A stretch of 64,000 nucleotides of DNA from Octopus vulgaris (lineage: Eukaryota). The notes under the pieces are model-generated. The model had not been told where the DNA came from and did not search any database. It saw nothing but the letters and a program-made list of their open reading frames with translations. Of this stretch, positions 40,211 through 52,618 are shown piece after piece. Position numbers and translations under genes: made by a program. The stretch spans positions 22,382,001 to 22,446,000 of the forward strand of contig OX597822.1 of assembly GCA_951406725.2 (NCBI GenBank). Direction: 5' to 3'. Position 1 is the first letter of the stretch. Each line of letters begins with the position of its first letter.

Positions 40211-41007
40211 TGTATATATATATACATGCACACATGTGTGTTTGTATATTTGTTTATATGTATATATTTGTATGTTTATGTATGGGTGTATGTATGTATG
40301 TGTCAGGTTGTGTATGTGTATATGGGAATAGATGTGTCAACTTCATCATCACAGTTTTAATGTCTATTTTTCCATGCTTATATAGGTTAGATAATAGTAT
40401 GTTAAAGCAAAGTTTTTCTACAGTTGGATGCCCTTCATGACAACAATCCCACATGTTTCCAATCGAGGTAATAATTCCTCAATTTATCAAGCACCAAAAC
40501 AGCTCAGACATCTTATACAAAGAACTGGAAGCAAAAAATTCCATGTGAATGAGCCTTTTGATCTTTTATCTACTTCAGCCACTAGACTGCACCCATGCAG
40601 GATTTTTTGATGGGAAGAACCAACTTCAGTACTTGTTTTATTTATTTATTTTAAACCTCCTGATACTTATTCTATCATTCTCTTTTGCTGAACCACTAAG
40701 TGATGAAGGACATAAACACACCAGCACCAGTTGACTAACAGTGGTAAGGGGACAAGCACAGACATAAAGACACATACACTTATATACAGGCACATACACA
40801 CACAACGTTCTTCTTTCAGTTTCTGTCCACTGAATCCACTCACAAGGCTTTGGTTGGCCTGAGGCTATGGCATAGACATACCACACACACAAAGACACAC
40901 AAACACACACACGCACACACACATATATATATATATATATACCAGAGTAAGCACAGGATCCTTTGATCTTTGAGGTGCCACACATGGCGAGCCAGGGATG
41001 TGACAAA

Positions 41008-42187
41008 CTATCTTTCTGGGATTCTGAAGGGTGACTGGTGGTTAAGAAAACGTTGTTTGAATGAAGTACTCACCAAACCAATATATTTATAAACATTGGA
41101 TGTGGCCTTATTCACACTACTGGTAACATATGGCATGGGATTGATCATCCCATCGGTGTCAAAGATGAATGTTTGGTCCTCATCTGAAGTGGCAGAACTG
41201 GGAACAGCAGATATTTCCTCCAAGTCGTTGGTTCTGGATAGGTCATTATTTCCAGGTGCAGCGTGTGTACTGGTCACTCTATCTGCATCTATGGTTTGTT
41301 CATTATCCATGGCAGTGATACCAGGATCTTCAGTGATGCTCTCTGTGATGCTGGTCCCAGTTTGGTTATTATCTCTGGGTGTAGCAACTGTATTGGTGTG
41401 AGACCTGGTTAATCTGCTAATAATATTTCTGTTCGATGTTACATTGCTGTTATTATGGATATTAGGTCTGGGTATCACTGTAGCCTCATATACGACCCCT
41501 TCAGTCTTGCCTTGGCCTCCTACTGGACAGTTATATACCCTGCAAGAGCAACCTACCTCCTCCCTTGTATTGTGGGTACTTGTTTTGTGGGTACTTGTTT
41601 TTTTATGTTAGGTGCACAACTAAAGGAGACTTTTAGGTTGTGCCTATTAAACAAATGCCTGTATCTATGTGTGTGTGTAAAATATTTGTCTATTAATCTA
41701 AGGAAAATCTTTCCTATACAAGTCTGGACATTGAGTGAGGAGAGTGGAGCAAACCAAATGATATTTCTGCAATGCTTCCTTTTCTGGGTCCTAGGGCTAG
41801 GCATGTAGGATATGTGGTCCTTAAACCCACTTGATGCTAATGCCTAATTGTAGTAGGGGGCAGCAGCATCGAAGATATCTTGACTCGAGGATAGATCTGA
41901 GATCCTCTTGCTTACACCTTTCACTAGGTTCTTGAAAACTATGGGGGTGGGGGTGGGGGTGCAGGAGGCTGTGCTAATATAAGACAGTCTCTTATTTGGC
42001 TTGTGATAGGGCCTGTATGTACCAGAGCCCAGATTTAAAATAACATCTAAAAATCTACTGTGGTAAGATTAGTCTCAATGGTAATCTTGAGACCCATTGA
42101 GCCTAAGGTGCTAATCAGATCCTTTCTAAGTCCATCTAATGAGTGGCTGTTGACTCCTCTAGAGACGGCTAGGGTGTCATCTCTGTT
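41008..42187 (-). mobile_element. Penelope-like element fragment (RT C-terminus, Cys linker, GIY-YIG N-terminus), inside a split family A SINE
   Basis: RDD.LAV, GLKITIE.NL..VDF, YRPYHKP, RNIIWF.P, IGK.FL.LIDK.F, KVSFSC.PN, CSCR..CP, VVY...YIG..FKQRF.NH. SINE halves at ~40630-40875 and 42190-42300. Confidence 0.9.
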
Positions 42188-44964
42188 GAGGCTGAAGTCT
42201 ATAGTAGAAGACGCCCAAGGTGCCACACACAGTGGGGCTGAACCTGGAACCATGTGGTTGGGAAGCAAATTTCTCACCAGTCACACCTTACTCATGCAAC
42301 ATGTCAAGATATGCCAAAGAGCCCAAACATGTCTTTGCAGTGAATTTATATAAGTGTGTCTTTGTGTCTGTGCTTGTTCCCTTACCACTGCTAGTCAACT
42401 GGTGCTGGTGTGTTTATGTCCCTCATCACCATTTGTGAGTCAGTGAGGTTTTTGCTTACAAATAGCTAACAATGTGTGTGTGTGCAGACGTTTGCTAGAA
42501 ATACATGAGTGAAACATACTCCTTCAATCTGCATACAAGGTCAGTGGCTCTGATTAAAAACTTCTAACTCGTACCATTGTGACCTGTTCAAATCATGCAA
42601 GCATGAAAAGTGGATGTAAAATAATGATGTTTCCATGCAAAGTGCAATGTGCTTCATGCACACCAGGTTTACATGTATGACGTAGAACCTGCTATAATTA
42701 TGCACCAGTAAACAAAATTATTTACTTGTATCCAAAATCGCCTTACACATATGTGTATTCAGCACTAAGCAGTGTTGGATTGATGCATGAAAACAAATTA
42801 TTTTATGCACAAACAGATGCACATGCGTATCTATGCATGTATCTACATGTGTTTATATACCTGTATCTACATGTGTTTATCTACATGTGTTTGTGCCATA
42901 GTGCACTCGTCCCATACTCTTACATGTGTTTATATATATGTGTGTGTTCGGATGTATATTTGTGTATATGTCTCTATATGTACATGTGTATGTTTGTATA
43001 TATGTCTATAAATGTATGTATACATACACACATACAAGCATACATTTATACACACATATACAAACATACACACAGACATATAGATACATATATGCAAACA
43101 TATAAACACACACACACACACACATATATATATAAACACACACATATACATGCATATGTGTTTGTGCACAATTACTACATAGGTGATTATGTACATTAAA
43201 TCTAATATAAATTACCAATTTTACATTAGAGATTTGGTGTACATAAAGACGTACATAGACTTTGTGTATACATACACATGTATACCCATATGTATATATA
43301 TATGTGCATGAGTGTATATTTGTGTGTGCTTCTATGATTATAAGATACGACATTATAGACTTAATGTCTCTCTCTCTGATTCTATAAATGCACTAAAGCA
43401 ATACTGAAAGTTTCCAAACTGGCGTATTGAGATAATTCTCAGTGCACTCAACTTGCACTGCTATTATCAAGGTGTCATTCTTTATAGACAACCAGTATTC
43501 ACTGACTTGAGTGATGAGAAGATTTTCTCATGATTGACTAAAAGACTTGTTATTGTCATCGCTACCCCTATCATCATCTTTCTTCCTCCTCTCTTTCTTT
43601 CTCTGTCATTTTTTTGTCTGCTGCTATTGATATGGAAAACAGTTGGTAACTTGGAAGTTTTTGAAATAAAATTCTGACGAAGAACAAAAAGACTTACTAT
43701 AGTAAAGGAACGATCAGATAGATGAAAATGTAGACACTATAAAGCAATAAAATATTCAAGTTTTCTATGATATCATCATCATCATTGTCATCATTTTTAT
43801 GTTCACTTTTCTATGCTTGCATAAGCTGAACGGTGTCCTTGCCAGTAGAGTGTCTTGCTATTTGTTGCATTTCTTTGTGATTTCTATTGTGAGATTCAAC
43901 AATCTGAGATCAGTCTACACCACTGTTGCCTTTGACTCTTTTGGCCTTCCTTTTCCAGTTTCTTTCAACTTAGATTTCCAGGTTCTTCTTTACCTATCCA
44001 TTATCCGTACACATGACATATCTATAACAACGCAGTTACCTCTCTTTCACACTGCAACCAATTCCTCTAATATCCAGTTTATCTCCTAGTTCATCTGCAC
44101 CATAATGTTCATGTGTATGTGTATATGTATCCATATGTGCTCATGTACACAAGAATTATGTTCATTAAATTCATGCACACTTGTGTACATCATCACCATT
44201 CGTCATCCATTTTACCATTGTTGCATAAATCTGACAGAATTTGTTGAGGCAGATTTTCTTTGACTGGATGCCATTCCTGTCATCAACCCTCAGCTATTTT
44301 TAAGCAAGAAAGGTTTGTCCACTGCTGCCCTAATGTGTGTTTGCTGTAGCTCTTTGGTACATGCCCTGCAGCTCTATGGATTATCTCCAGCAGTTCTGGG
44401 ATTTACCAAGAACTTTGTTGAAGGAACTTTGCAAAAGAATTTTCTCATATATTAAATTATTGTGAATAATATGGTCCCTGCCCACTCCCTGTCACATCAC
44501 CATCTTTCTCTCTCTCTCTCTCTGCATCTGAGATAGCCACGTTTCTCTTCTAATGCAAGACATTTTTTTCTGCCTCTCAATACTACTTCCCACCCCAGTT
44601 GAGAAGTCATGTCCTGCAAGTTACTCTGTGACCTCATTGCTGGTGGTGGTGCTGGTGGTGGTTGGCATTAGAAACCCTGATAAAGCAGACACTGAAGATC
44701 AGTGCAGTATTCTGACATGCCAATTCTTATCAAACCCTTAATGATGATGTTGATGATGGTGATGATGATTTCCCATCTAAAATCTCATGAAAAGATATTA
44801 GCCAAGTCTATGTGGTTAAGGTGATGCTGTAGTGGTTGTGTAGTTAAAATGTTTGCTTCACAACCACACAATTTCAGGTTCAGTTCCACTACATAGCACT
44901 TTGGGCCAGTGTTCCCTATTGGCCCAGCCCAACTTATGCATTATGCGTGAATTTAGTAAATGAA

Positions 44965-46390
44965 AGCATAGGCTGACTATGAAGAGTGATGCTAGAGCTG
45001 TGAAATTTTGCCTGTATTAATTTCAGCTCTTATTAATAAGTACATTGTTTTTTTTCCAGGTAAACTAACACCTCACTGTTCAAAGAAGACTTAAAAAGTA
45101 ATTAACTAGTAGTGGCATCTGAAAATTCACAAAATTTGGCACCATGGGGTTATCAAGTACCTGCAGAAGAGGAGAAGCCCCCCCTATGACATTCATGTTG
45201 ACATTCTTGATACATTAGATGATACTTCAGTTTTATCAAAAGTGCAATAGGGGGCAATTGGATTTAGTAGGGGTAGGGAGAGTCTTGGAGATGGCAAAAG
45301 TCTTGATGTCCTGCGACTACCACCACCAAAGGAAACATTGACCATGTTTACCACATGATGATGGATGACAGGCGATTGACTATATATTAAATAACCCACA
45401 CTGTTAGCATGTCTTGTAAGATAGTTGACAATGTTCTGCACAATGAACTTAGCATGTTGAAGATTTCTGCCATGTCTTCTGATACCCAATCAAAAGTGCA
45501 CCTGGTTGATCACATCACAGGAAAATTTGACAATGTTTGAAGCAGATCCAGTAGGTTTCCTCAGCCAGGACAAGTGTTGGGTTCACTCCTTTAAGCCAGA
45601 GATAAAGAGGAACTTTATGCAGTGGAAAAATTCTTCCTCACCTGCTCCAAACATGGCCAAGGTTGTTTCATCTGTAAGGAAGGTGATGGCCTCAGTTTTG
45701 GGGGATGCAAAAAGCATTGTGTTTATTGACTATCTTCAAAAGTGCAATACCTATTTCTTTACTACCCACAAGGGGCTAAACAAAGAGGGGACAAACAAGG
45801 ACAGACAAATGAATTAAGTTGATTATATCGATCCCCATACGTAACTGGTACTTAATTTATTGACCCCGAAAGGATGAAAGGCAAAGTCAACTTTGGCGGA
45901 ATTTGAACTCAGAACGTAACGGCAGACGAAATACGGCTACGCATTTCACTTGGCGTGCTAACAATTCCGCCAGCTCACTGCCTAACATGCAATACCATCA
46001 ACAGAAAGTACTATGCCAACTTACTGAGGCAGTTACAAAAGGCTATCAAGACCAAACGTCCAGGAAAACTGATGAAAGGATTCTTGTTTGATCGGGACGA
46101 TGCTCCTGCACACAAGTCCTTAGTTTCAATGGCTGCTCTGCAGGGCAATGGTTTTGAGCTGGTTGATCATGCTCCCTATTCTCTTGATTTGGCTCCAGTA
46201 TTTCAGTGATGATGACATCATTTTTACTGTTGATGATGTTTTTGAGCAACAGAATGAAAGCTCTTTCACTAATGGGATCTAAGCACTGCAACACCAATGA
46301 AAGAAGTGTGTAGACTGCGAGGGGAACTATGTTGAAAAATAAACCTCATTTGGCCACATTCCATTAAGGTATCTCAGTCAGCCTAAAAAC
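44965..46390 (+). mobile_element. Decayed mariner
   Basis: QDKCWVHSFKPE.KR..MQW, KVMASV..D.K.IVFIDYLQK, D.APAH and HAPYS.DLAP motifs; ends taggctgact / agtcagccta. Confidence 0.85.
45752..45987 (-). mobile_element. SINE family B inserted in the mariner
   Basis: 9-bp TSD TGCAATACC at 45743-45751 and 45988-45996. Confidence 0.92.
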
Positions 46391-47774
46391 ACACGTGTGT
46401 GTGTGTGTAAATTACTTTCGTTTGTCACCTTGCAGTTTGGCAACTGATTACGTTCCTTATGATCTAGCAACAGGTAAATATGCACAATAGAATAAATAAT
46501 CTTTCAATAACAACATCCTCTTCTTGCCATTCTGTTCTTAGTGACCAATGTGACTAAGGATAGCAGTACATCTCTTCAGCTCACTGTAATTTACTTCCAA
46601 CGTAATTAAGGGTGCCACAGAACTTATCTGACCCTATCTCCAATGCTTTACCTTTCCCAATCTTATCCTTGCACCTTATCCTATACACCTTTATTTCTCA
46701 TCACTGTCCTGAGTTATATCCTTAAGGGACCTCATCAGACGTGAAAGTACTCCCACACTATCTATACTTAGTCATTTGGTATCAGCATCCATCATTCACT
46801 CTCACCTTTTATCCACTTCTTGCTATCCTTCACTCTTTCACCCATGTCCTTTATACAGTAATCCCTTGCCATATCGTGGTTCACCTATCACACACTCAGT
46901 ACATCACAGATTTTTTTGGTTAATATATGTAAATTTATATCGCAGACTCTTCAGTATATCCAGGTTTCTGCGGCTGATAGGTATTTATATTTTTTTAGAT
47001 TTTAATTATTTCTGTGGGAGGTTTTGGGTTGTAACACCCATGATAGTCAAGGGATTACTGTAGTGCTGATGCCATGAAAAAAAAAAAAAACAACATACCC
47101 AGTGCATTCTGTAAAGTTATTGGCATTAGGAAGGGAATCCAGCCATAGAAACCAAACCAAAAATAAAACTTAGAGCATAAGTTTTCTCGACCAATCTATT
47201 TTTGTGATATAGAAATGGCCCATCCAGCATGAAAACCAGGTGTAAAACAGCAAGGATAATGATGAAGTTAATATCAATCTAAATTTCTATGGTAATAAAT
47301 AATCTACTGATGATTATTCCAACTTATTATGATTGGTCAAACTCTCATAGGATCATAAATGTATGATTTGGCTAAAGTTAGAAAATTGATTAATATATAG
47401 CTAATTTCATATCAGTTTTAACAAATTGGGATTTGTTAAAACTGATAGGTATTCATATGAGTTCTGCTGAGTTCTAATCAGAAATTAAAATTAGTCAGGC
47501 ATAATTAATCAATATAATTAGTCAGCTAATATTCAAGTATCCTTAGTGCGGAGGAATAATTCATTAATGTAGAGTACTCTGAAGAAAGAATGTAGTTTAT
47601 AGAAAATATTCAGCCCCAGGTTATTTCTGATGAAGCAGATCTGTAACCAATTGCATACTCACAATAACTGTCACATCTTTTTAGACTACACAATCCAATG
47701 TGTTCTTTCTGATTTTAAGACAGTAGAATGTGATTTAAGAGAAATTTGGTTGTTATTTCTAACAAGCCAGCCAA

Positions 47775-48040
47775 TGGTTAGGGTGTTGCACTCACAATCA
47801 CAAGTTCATGGTTTCAATACCTAGACCAGGTGGTGCGTTGTGTTGTTGAGCGAAACACTTTATCTCACATTGCTCTAAAATCACTTTGACACCTGACCTG
47901 TGGTACACCATGGACCTGTTCAGGAAACATCAATATGATGGAGAGAGTGAGCTAATTTACAGTATATACATTTGATCACTATAAACAAATCATTTGTGTA
48001 GGTCATTTAGCAAAAGCTGAACACTCTTTGACAGAAGAGA
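47775..48040 (+). mobile_element. Old tRNA-derived SINE
   Basis: Decayed tRNA-like head ggttagggtgttgcactc...ggtttcaatacc; related fragment at ~5730-5860 on minus. Confidence 0.55.
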
Positions 48041-48044
48041 ACTT

Positions 48045-48084
<40 letters not shown>

Positions 48085-48445
48085 TATATACATATATATA
48101 TATAAACACACACACACACACACACACACACCATGAAGGTCATCTTTCAGTTTCCAGCTATGATATTCACTCACAAGGTTTTGGTTAGTCTGAGTTATAG
48201 CAGAAGACACTTGCCTAAGGTGACATGCAGTAAGACTGAACCTGAAACCTTGGTGGTTGAAAAGCAAACAACCATACAACTATGCCTGCATCTTGACAGC
48301 ACATGATATCTGTAAGCATCATACAAGCAGTGTTCTTGGTGTCCATTCTTTTGTGAAAACATGTCTGTCATAGAGAAATATTACCTCACTTGGAAACAGA
48401 TGAAGGTTAACAACAGAAAGGGAATCCAGCCATATAAAATCTGCC

Positions 48446-48655
48446 TTAACTCTTTAGCTTTTAATATGACTACATATTTTATCTGTTTTATGTTCAAATC
48501 AAATAGATCCTGCTTCTAACATCTACCCAGCAATTTCATTCTAAAAATAAGCAATCATATTGAAATCTCAAAGTTAATGAGATAATACAGAATTAGTTTA
48601 AAAAATGTGAATAAATATTACATTTGAAAGAGTAACCTAAATGCTAAAGGTTTAA
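48446..48655. mobile_element. TTAA-bounded (piggyBac-type) MITE
   Basis: ttaactctttagc...gctaaaggtttaa; interrupts an old RTE-tail-like repeat. Confidence 0.65.
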
Positions 48656-48916
48656 ATTTTATCTGACCCATGCCAGTATGAAAAAGTGCTCATTAAAATG
48701 ATGTGTGTGTGTGTATGTATGTGCACATGTGTGTGTATGAGTATGTGTGTGTGTAATATATATGTATGTGTATATATGTATACGTGTGTGTGTATGTACA
48801 TATGTATGTTTGTATGTATATACATGAATATATATGTGTATGCATATATGTGTAAGCTTGCAGTATAAGTTAAATCTTTCATGAATAAGTTGTACTTATT
48901 GTAAAAGAACTCCTTA

Positions 48917-49145
48917 AGGCAGTGAGCTGGCAGAATCATTAGCACGCCGAGCAAAATGCTTAGAGGTATTTCGTCTGCTAAGTTCTGAGTTCAAATTCCG
49001 CCAAGGTCGACTTTTCCTTTCATCCTTTCGGGGTTGATTAAATAAGTACCAGTTATGCTCTGGGGTCGATATAATCAGCTTAATCCGTTTGTCTGTCCTT
49101 GTTTGTCCCCTCTATGCTTAGCCCCTTGTAGGTAGTAAAGAAACA
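48917..49145 (+). mobile_element. SINE family B (tRNA head, MetaSINE-like core)
   Basis: A-box-like TGGCAGAATC, B-box-like GAGTTCAAATTC, core TTCATCCTTTCGGGGTTGATTAAATAAGTACCAG. At least eight related copies in the window. Confidence 0.88.
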
Positions 49146-50231
49146 AGTATAAGTTAAAACTTAGATTTGTAAAGAAAACAAACATGCAATATGGCAATGA
49201 AGTATTGTTTTAAATGTTCTGGCAATTTTTAAAATTATGTTCCTCTGTATCCCCATTGTCCTTTGAACCAGTGCACCTATATTCACCCTGCACTGTACCT
49301 TGAGGGTATGTCTCAACACATCACCACCACTACTCACTTGCTCTCTCCCTCTGTCTTTCTTTGTAACTTTCACTTTCTCTCCTCTCTTTTCATCTCCATC
49401 TCTATCCTTCTATTATACTTTTTAACCTCACATCAACTGGCAGAAAGCCATTCAACTCAGTACTACCCCTACCTCCCAGGTTTTTTGTTGGTAAAGTGGT
49501 TGGCATTAGGGAAATCATTCCGCCATAACATAGTCCTTTGGCATGTCAGCTCCTGTCAAACCATTCACCCCGTGCCAGCATGGAAAACGGATGTTAAATG
49601 GTGGTGATGATGATGTTACAATTCAAATATATTCAAAATGGAATGTTTACTATTTTGGAATGAATTATTTAAAATTAAAGTTTACAGAAAGAAATTGTAC
49701 TTGAGTAACTGATTGATTATCTTGAAATATGAGCAGATTAAAATAAAACTGTCTGCTTTAATATTCATTATTGCAAAGAGATCTCTAATAGAACTTAAGC
49801 ATTCTGCATCTGGAATTACCTTCATTAATGTCACTTAACTCATTCCTCTTCTGCTCGCAGTTGTTTATCTTTCTCAGCAAAGTCTAGACATGTATGCTCA
49901 TACAATGAGAGCTTTATTGCTTGCAGTTTTCTATTCTTTGAGCCATGAAAGCTCAGATGGAACGTACTTTGGCAAAGGAGTTTTTTTTTATAATAAAAAC
50001 AACAACTCATTCATGAAAAATAAAACACTAAGCTACTACATGATTAAGAATCTGTTAGAAATACTAACCAACTAACCTCCTCAAATTGCACACACATACA
50101 CCTATACATACATGCACATATATACATCTATATATATCATCAATGTACCATGTATCATATATCCAAAAAGGAAGCATGCTCTAAAGCATTGAGCAGTGAA
50201 GCATTAAAGCAGCAAAGTTAATGTCCGGCCA

Positions 50232-50295
50232 TAGAATGACTAATAGTTTCACATCCACAAAGGCTGTAACCTCACAGACATCTCATCAAACTCTA
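50232..50295 (-). ncRNA. Type I hammerhead ribozyme-like motif (core C3>T)
   Basis: Minus strand: TAGAGT-TTGATGA-G-stem II-GAAA-CT(ATT)AG-TC-ATTCTA. Confidence 0.7.
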
Positions 50296-50332
50296 AAACC
50301 CAGTGGTGAAGAGTTACATTTGTCTTCAGCTT

Positions 50333-50396
50333 TAGAGTCTGATGAGACATGTGCAAGGCTAAGGCCTTTGTAGATGTGAAATCATTGGTCACTCTA
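50333..50396 (+). ncRNA. Type I hammerhead ribozyme motif
   Basis: Perfect stem I TAGAGT/ACTCTA; CTGATGA; extra G; stem II ACAT.TGCAAGGC/GCCTTTGTA.ATGT; GAAA; stem III TC(ATT)GG; GTC site at 50388-50390. Confidence 0.8.
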
Positions 50397-50427
50397 TGAC
50401 TGGACATTAACTTTATTACTTTAATAA

Positions 50428-50479
<52 letters not shown>

Positions 50480-50485
50480 CTCTCT

Positions 50486-52463
50486 CAACTAATTAGAGAG
50501 GAGTTAGTTTAGATGAGATGCAGTTTGGGTTTGTGCCAGGGAAAAGTACTACTGATGCTATATTCCTGGTAAGGCAGCTGCAGGAGAAATACCTAGCCAA
50601 AGATAAGCCCCTGTACCTGGCTTTTGTTGACATGGAGAAAGCCTTCGACAGGGTCCCCCGATCCCTTATCTGGTGGGCAATGAGGAAACTAGGGATAGAT
50701 GAATGGTTAGTGAGAGCTGTGCGGGCCATGTATAGGGACGCTGCTAGTAGGGTGAGGGTTGGAAATGAGTACAGTGAAGAATTCCGGGTAGAGGTAGAGG
50801 TCCACCAAGGCTCAGTACTCAGCCCCCTCCTATTTATCATAGTCCTCTAGGCAATAACGGAGGAATTCAAAACAGGATGCCCTTGGGAGCTCCTCTATGC
50901 TGATGACCTTGCTCTAATTGCTGAGTCGCTATCAGAACTGGAGGAGAAGTTTCAGGTGTGGAAACAAGGATTAGAATCGAAGGGCCTCAGAGTCAATCTA
51001 GCTAAAACCAAAGTCGTAATCAGTAGGAAGATAGACAAATCACAAACACCTTCAGGTAGATGGCCCTGCTCGATCTGTAGAAAAGGTGTAGGTAGAAACT
51101 CTATAAGATGCACCAAGTGTAAGCTATGGACACATAAGAGATGCAGCAATGTCAAAGGAAGGCTAACTAGGAAGATGGTTTTTGTATGTGGCAGATGCTC
51201 AGGAACAATAAACACTGAAAATGCTCTGAGACCAACTTCCGTCACTTTCCAGGGAGAAAAACTAGAAATAGTTGATAGTTTCCGTTACCTAGGTGACCAA
51301 GTCAGCAGCGGGGGCGGGTGTGCTGAAAGTGTAACTGCTAGAGTAAGAATAGCTTGGGCAAAGTTCAGAGAGCTCTTACCTCTGCTGGTGACAAAGGCCT
51401 CTCGCACAGAGTGAAAGGCAGACTGTATGATGCGTGTGTACGAACAGCCATGCTACATGGCAGTGAAACATGGGCCGTGACTGCTGAGGATATGCGTAAG
51501 CTCGCAAGAAATGAAGCCAGTATGCTCCGATGGATGTGTAATGCCGGTACTCACACTCGGCAGAGTGTAAGTACCTTGAGAGAAAAGCTGGACCTAAGAA
51601 GCATCAGTTGTGGTGTGCAAGAGAGACGTTTGCGCTGGTATGGTCATGTGGCGAGAATGGATGAAGATAGTTGTGTGAAAAAGTGCCACACCCTAGCAGT
51701 TGAGGGAACCTGTGGAAGAGGCAGACCCAGGAAAACCTGGGACGAGGTGGTGAAGCACGACCTTCGAACTTTAGGTCTCACTGAGGAAATGACTAGAGAC
51801 CGAGACCTCTGGAAGTGTGCTGTGTGCGAGAATACCCGGCAGGACAAGTGAGTCCATAACCCGTGGCCTTCTACATGGGATGGAGCCAGCCTACATATGC
51901 ATACCTTCCCTTCTTGGGACACAAAACTCTACTTGTGAAGACGTGTTGAGGCAAGTGAGGATCAGAATCGAAATCGATCAATGGAAATTGCGGATGTGTT
52001 ACCAGTGCCGGTGGCATGTCGAAACTCTACTTGTGAAGACCCGTTGAGGCAAGTGAGGATCAGAATCGAAATCGATCAATGGAAATCGATCAATGGAAAT
52101 TGCAGATGTGTTACCAGTGCCGGTGGCATGTAAGAGAACTTTCCGTTTCGCGACCGTTGCCAGCACTGCCCCGTTTCGTGTCCATTGCCAGCCTCGCCTG
52201 GCCCTCGTGCCGGTGGCACATAAAAAGCACCATCCGTTCATGGCCGTTTGCCAGCTCTGTTTGGCACCAGTGCGGGTGGCACGTAAAAAGCACCCACTAC
52301 ACTCACGGAGTGGTTGGCGTTAGGAAGGGCATCCAGCCGTAGAAACACTGCCAGATTTGACTGGGCCTGATGAAGCCTTCTGGCTTCACAGACCCCAGTA
52401 GAACCGTCCAACCCATGCTAGCATGGAAAACGGACGCTAAACGATGATGATGATGATGATGAT
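50486..52463 (+). mobile_element. 5'-truncated RTE LINE (same family as 1-2709) with complete 3' UTR and (GAT)n tail
   Basis: RT peptides nearly identical to ORF 103-2001; stop at 50848; frameshift near 51400; RLRWYGHV and GRGRPRKTW; (TA)n on both sides. Confidence 0.96.
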
Positions 52464-52568
52464 ATATATATATATGTATGTATGTATGTACGCATATATG
52501 TGTATATATATGTATGTATGCATATATGTATATATATATATATATATGTATATATATGTGTGTGTATG

Positions 52569-52618
<50 letters not shown>

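Noticed and set aside
47627-47660. CTGATGA followed by a short stem
   Set aside because: No GAAA and no stem I; appears to be part of another old repeat.
52366-52396. CTGATGA-AGCC(ttct)GGCT in the RTE 3' UTR
   Set aside because: No GAAA; the other copies read (C/T)TGG(T/C)GCAGCC, so it is a chance variant.
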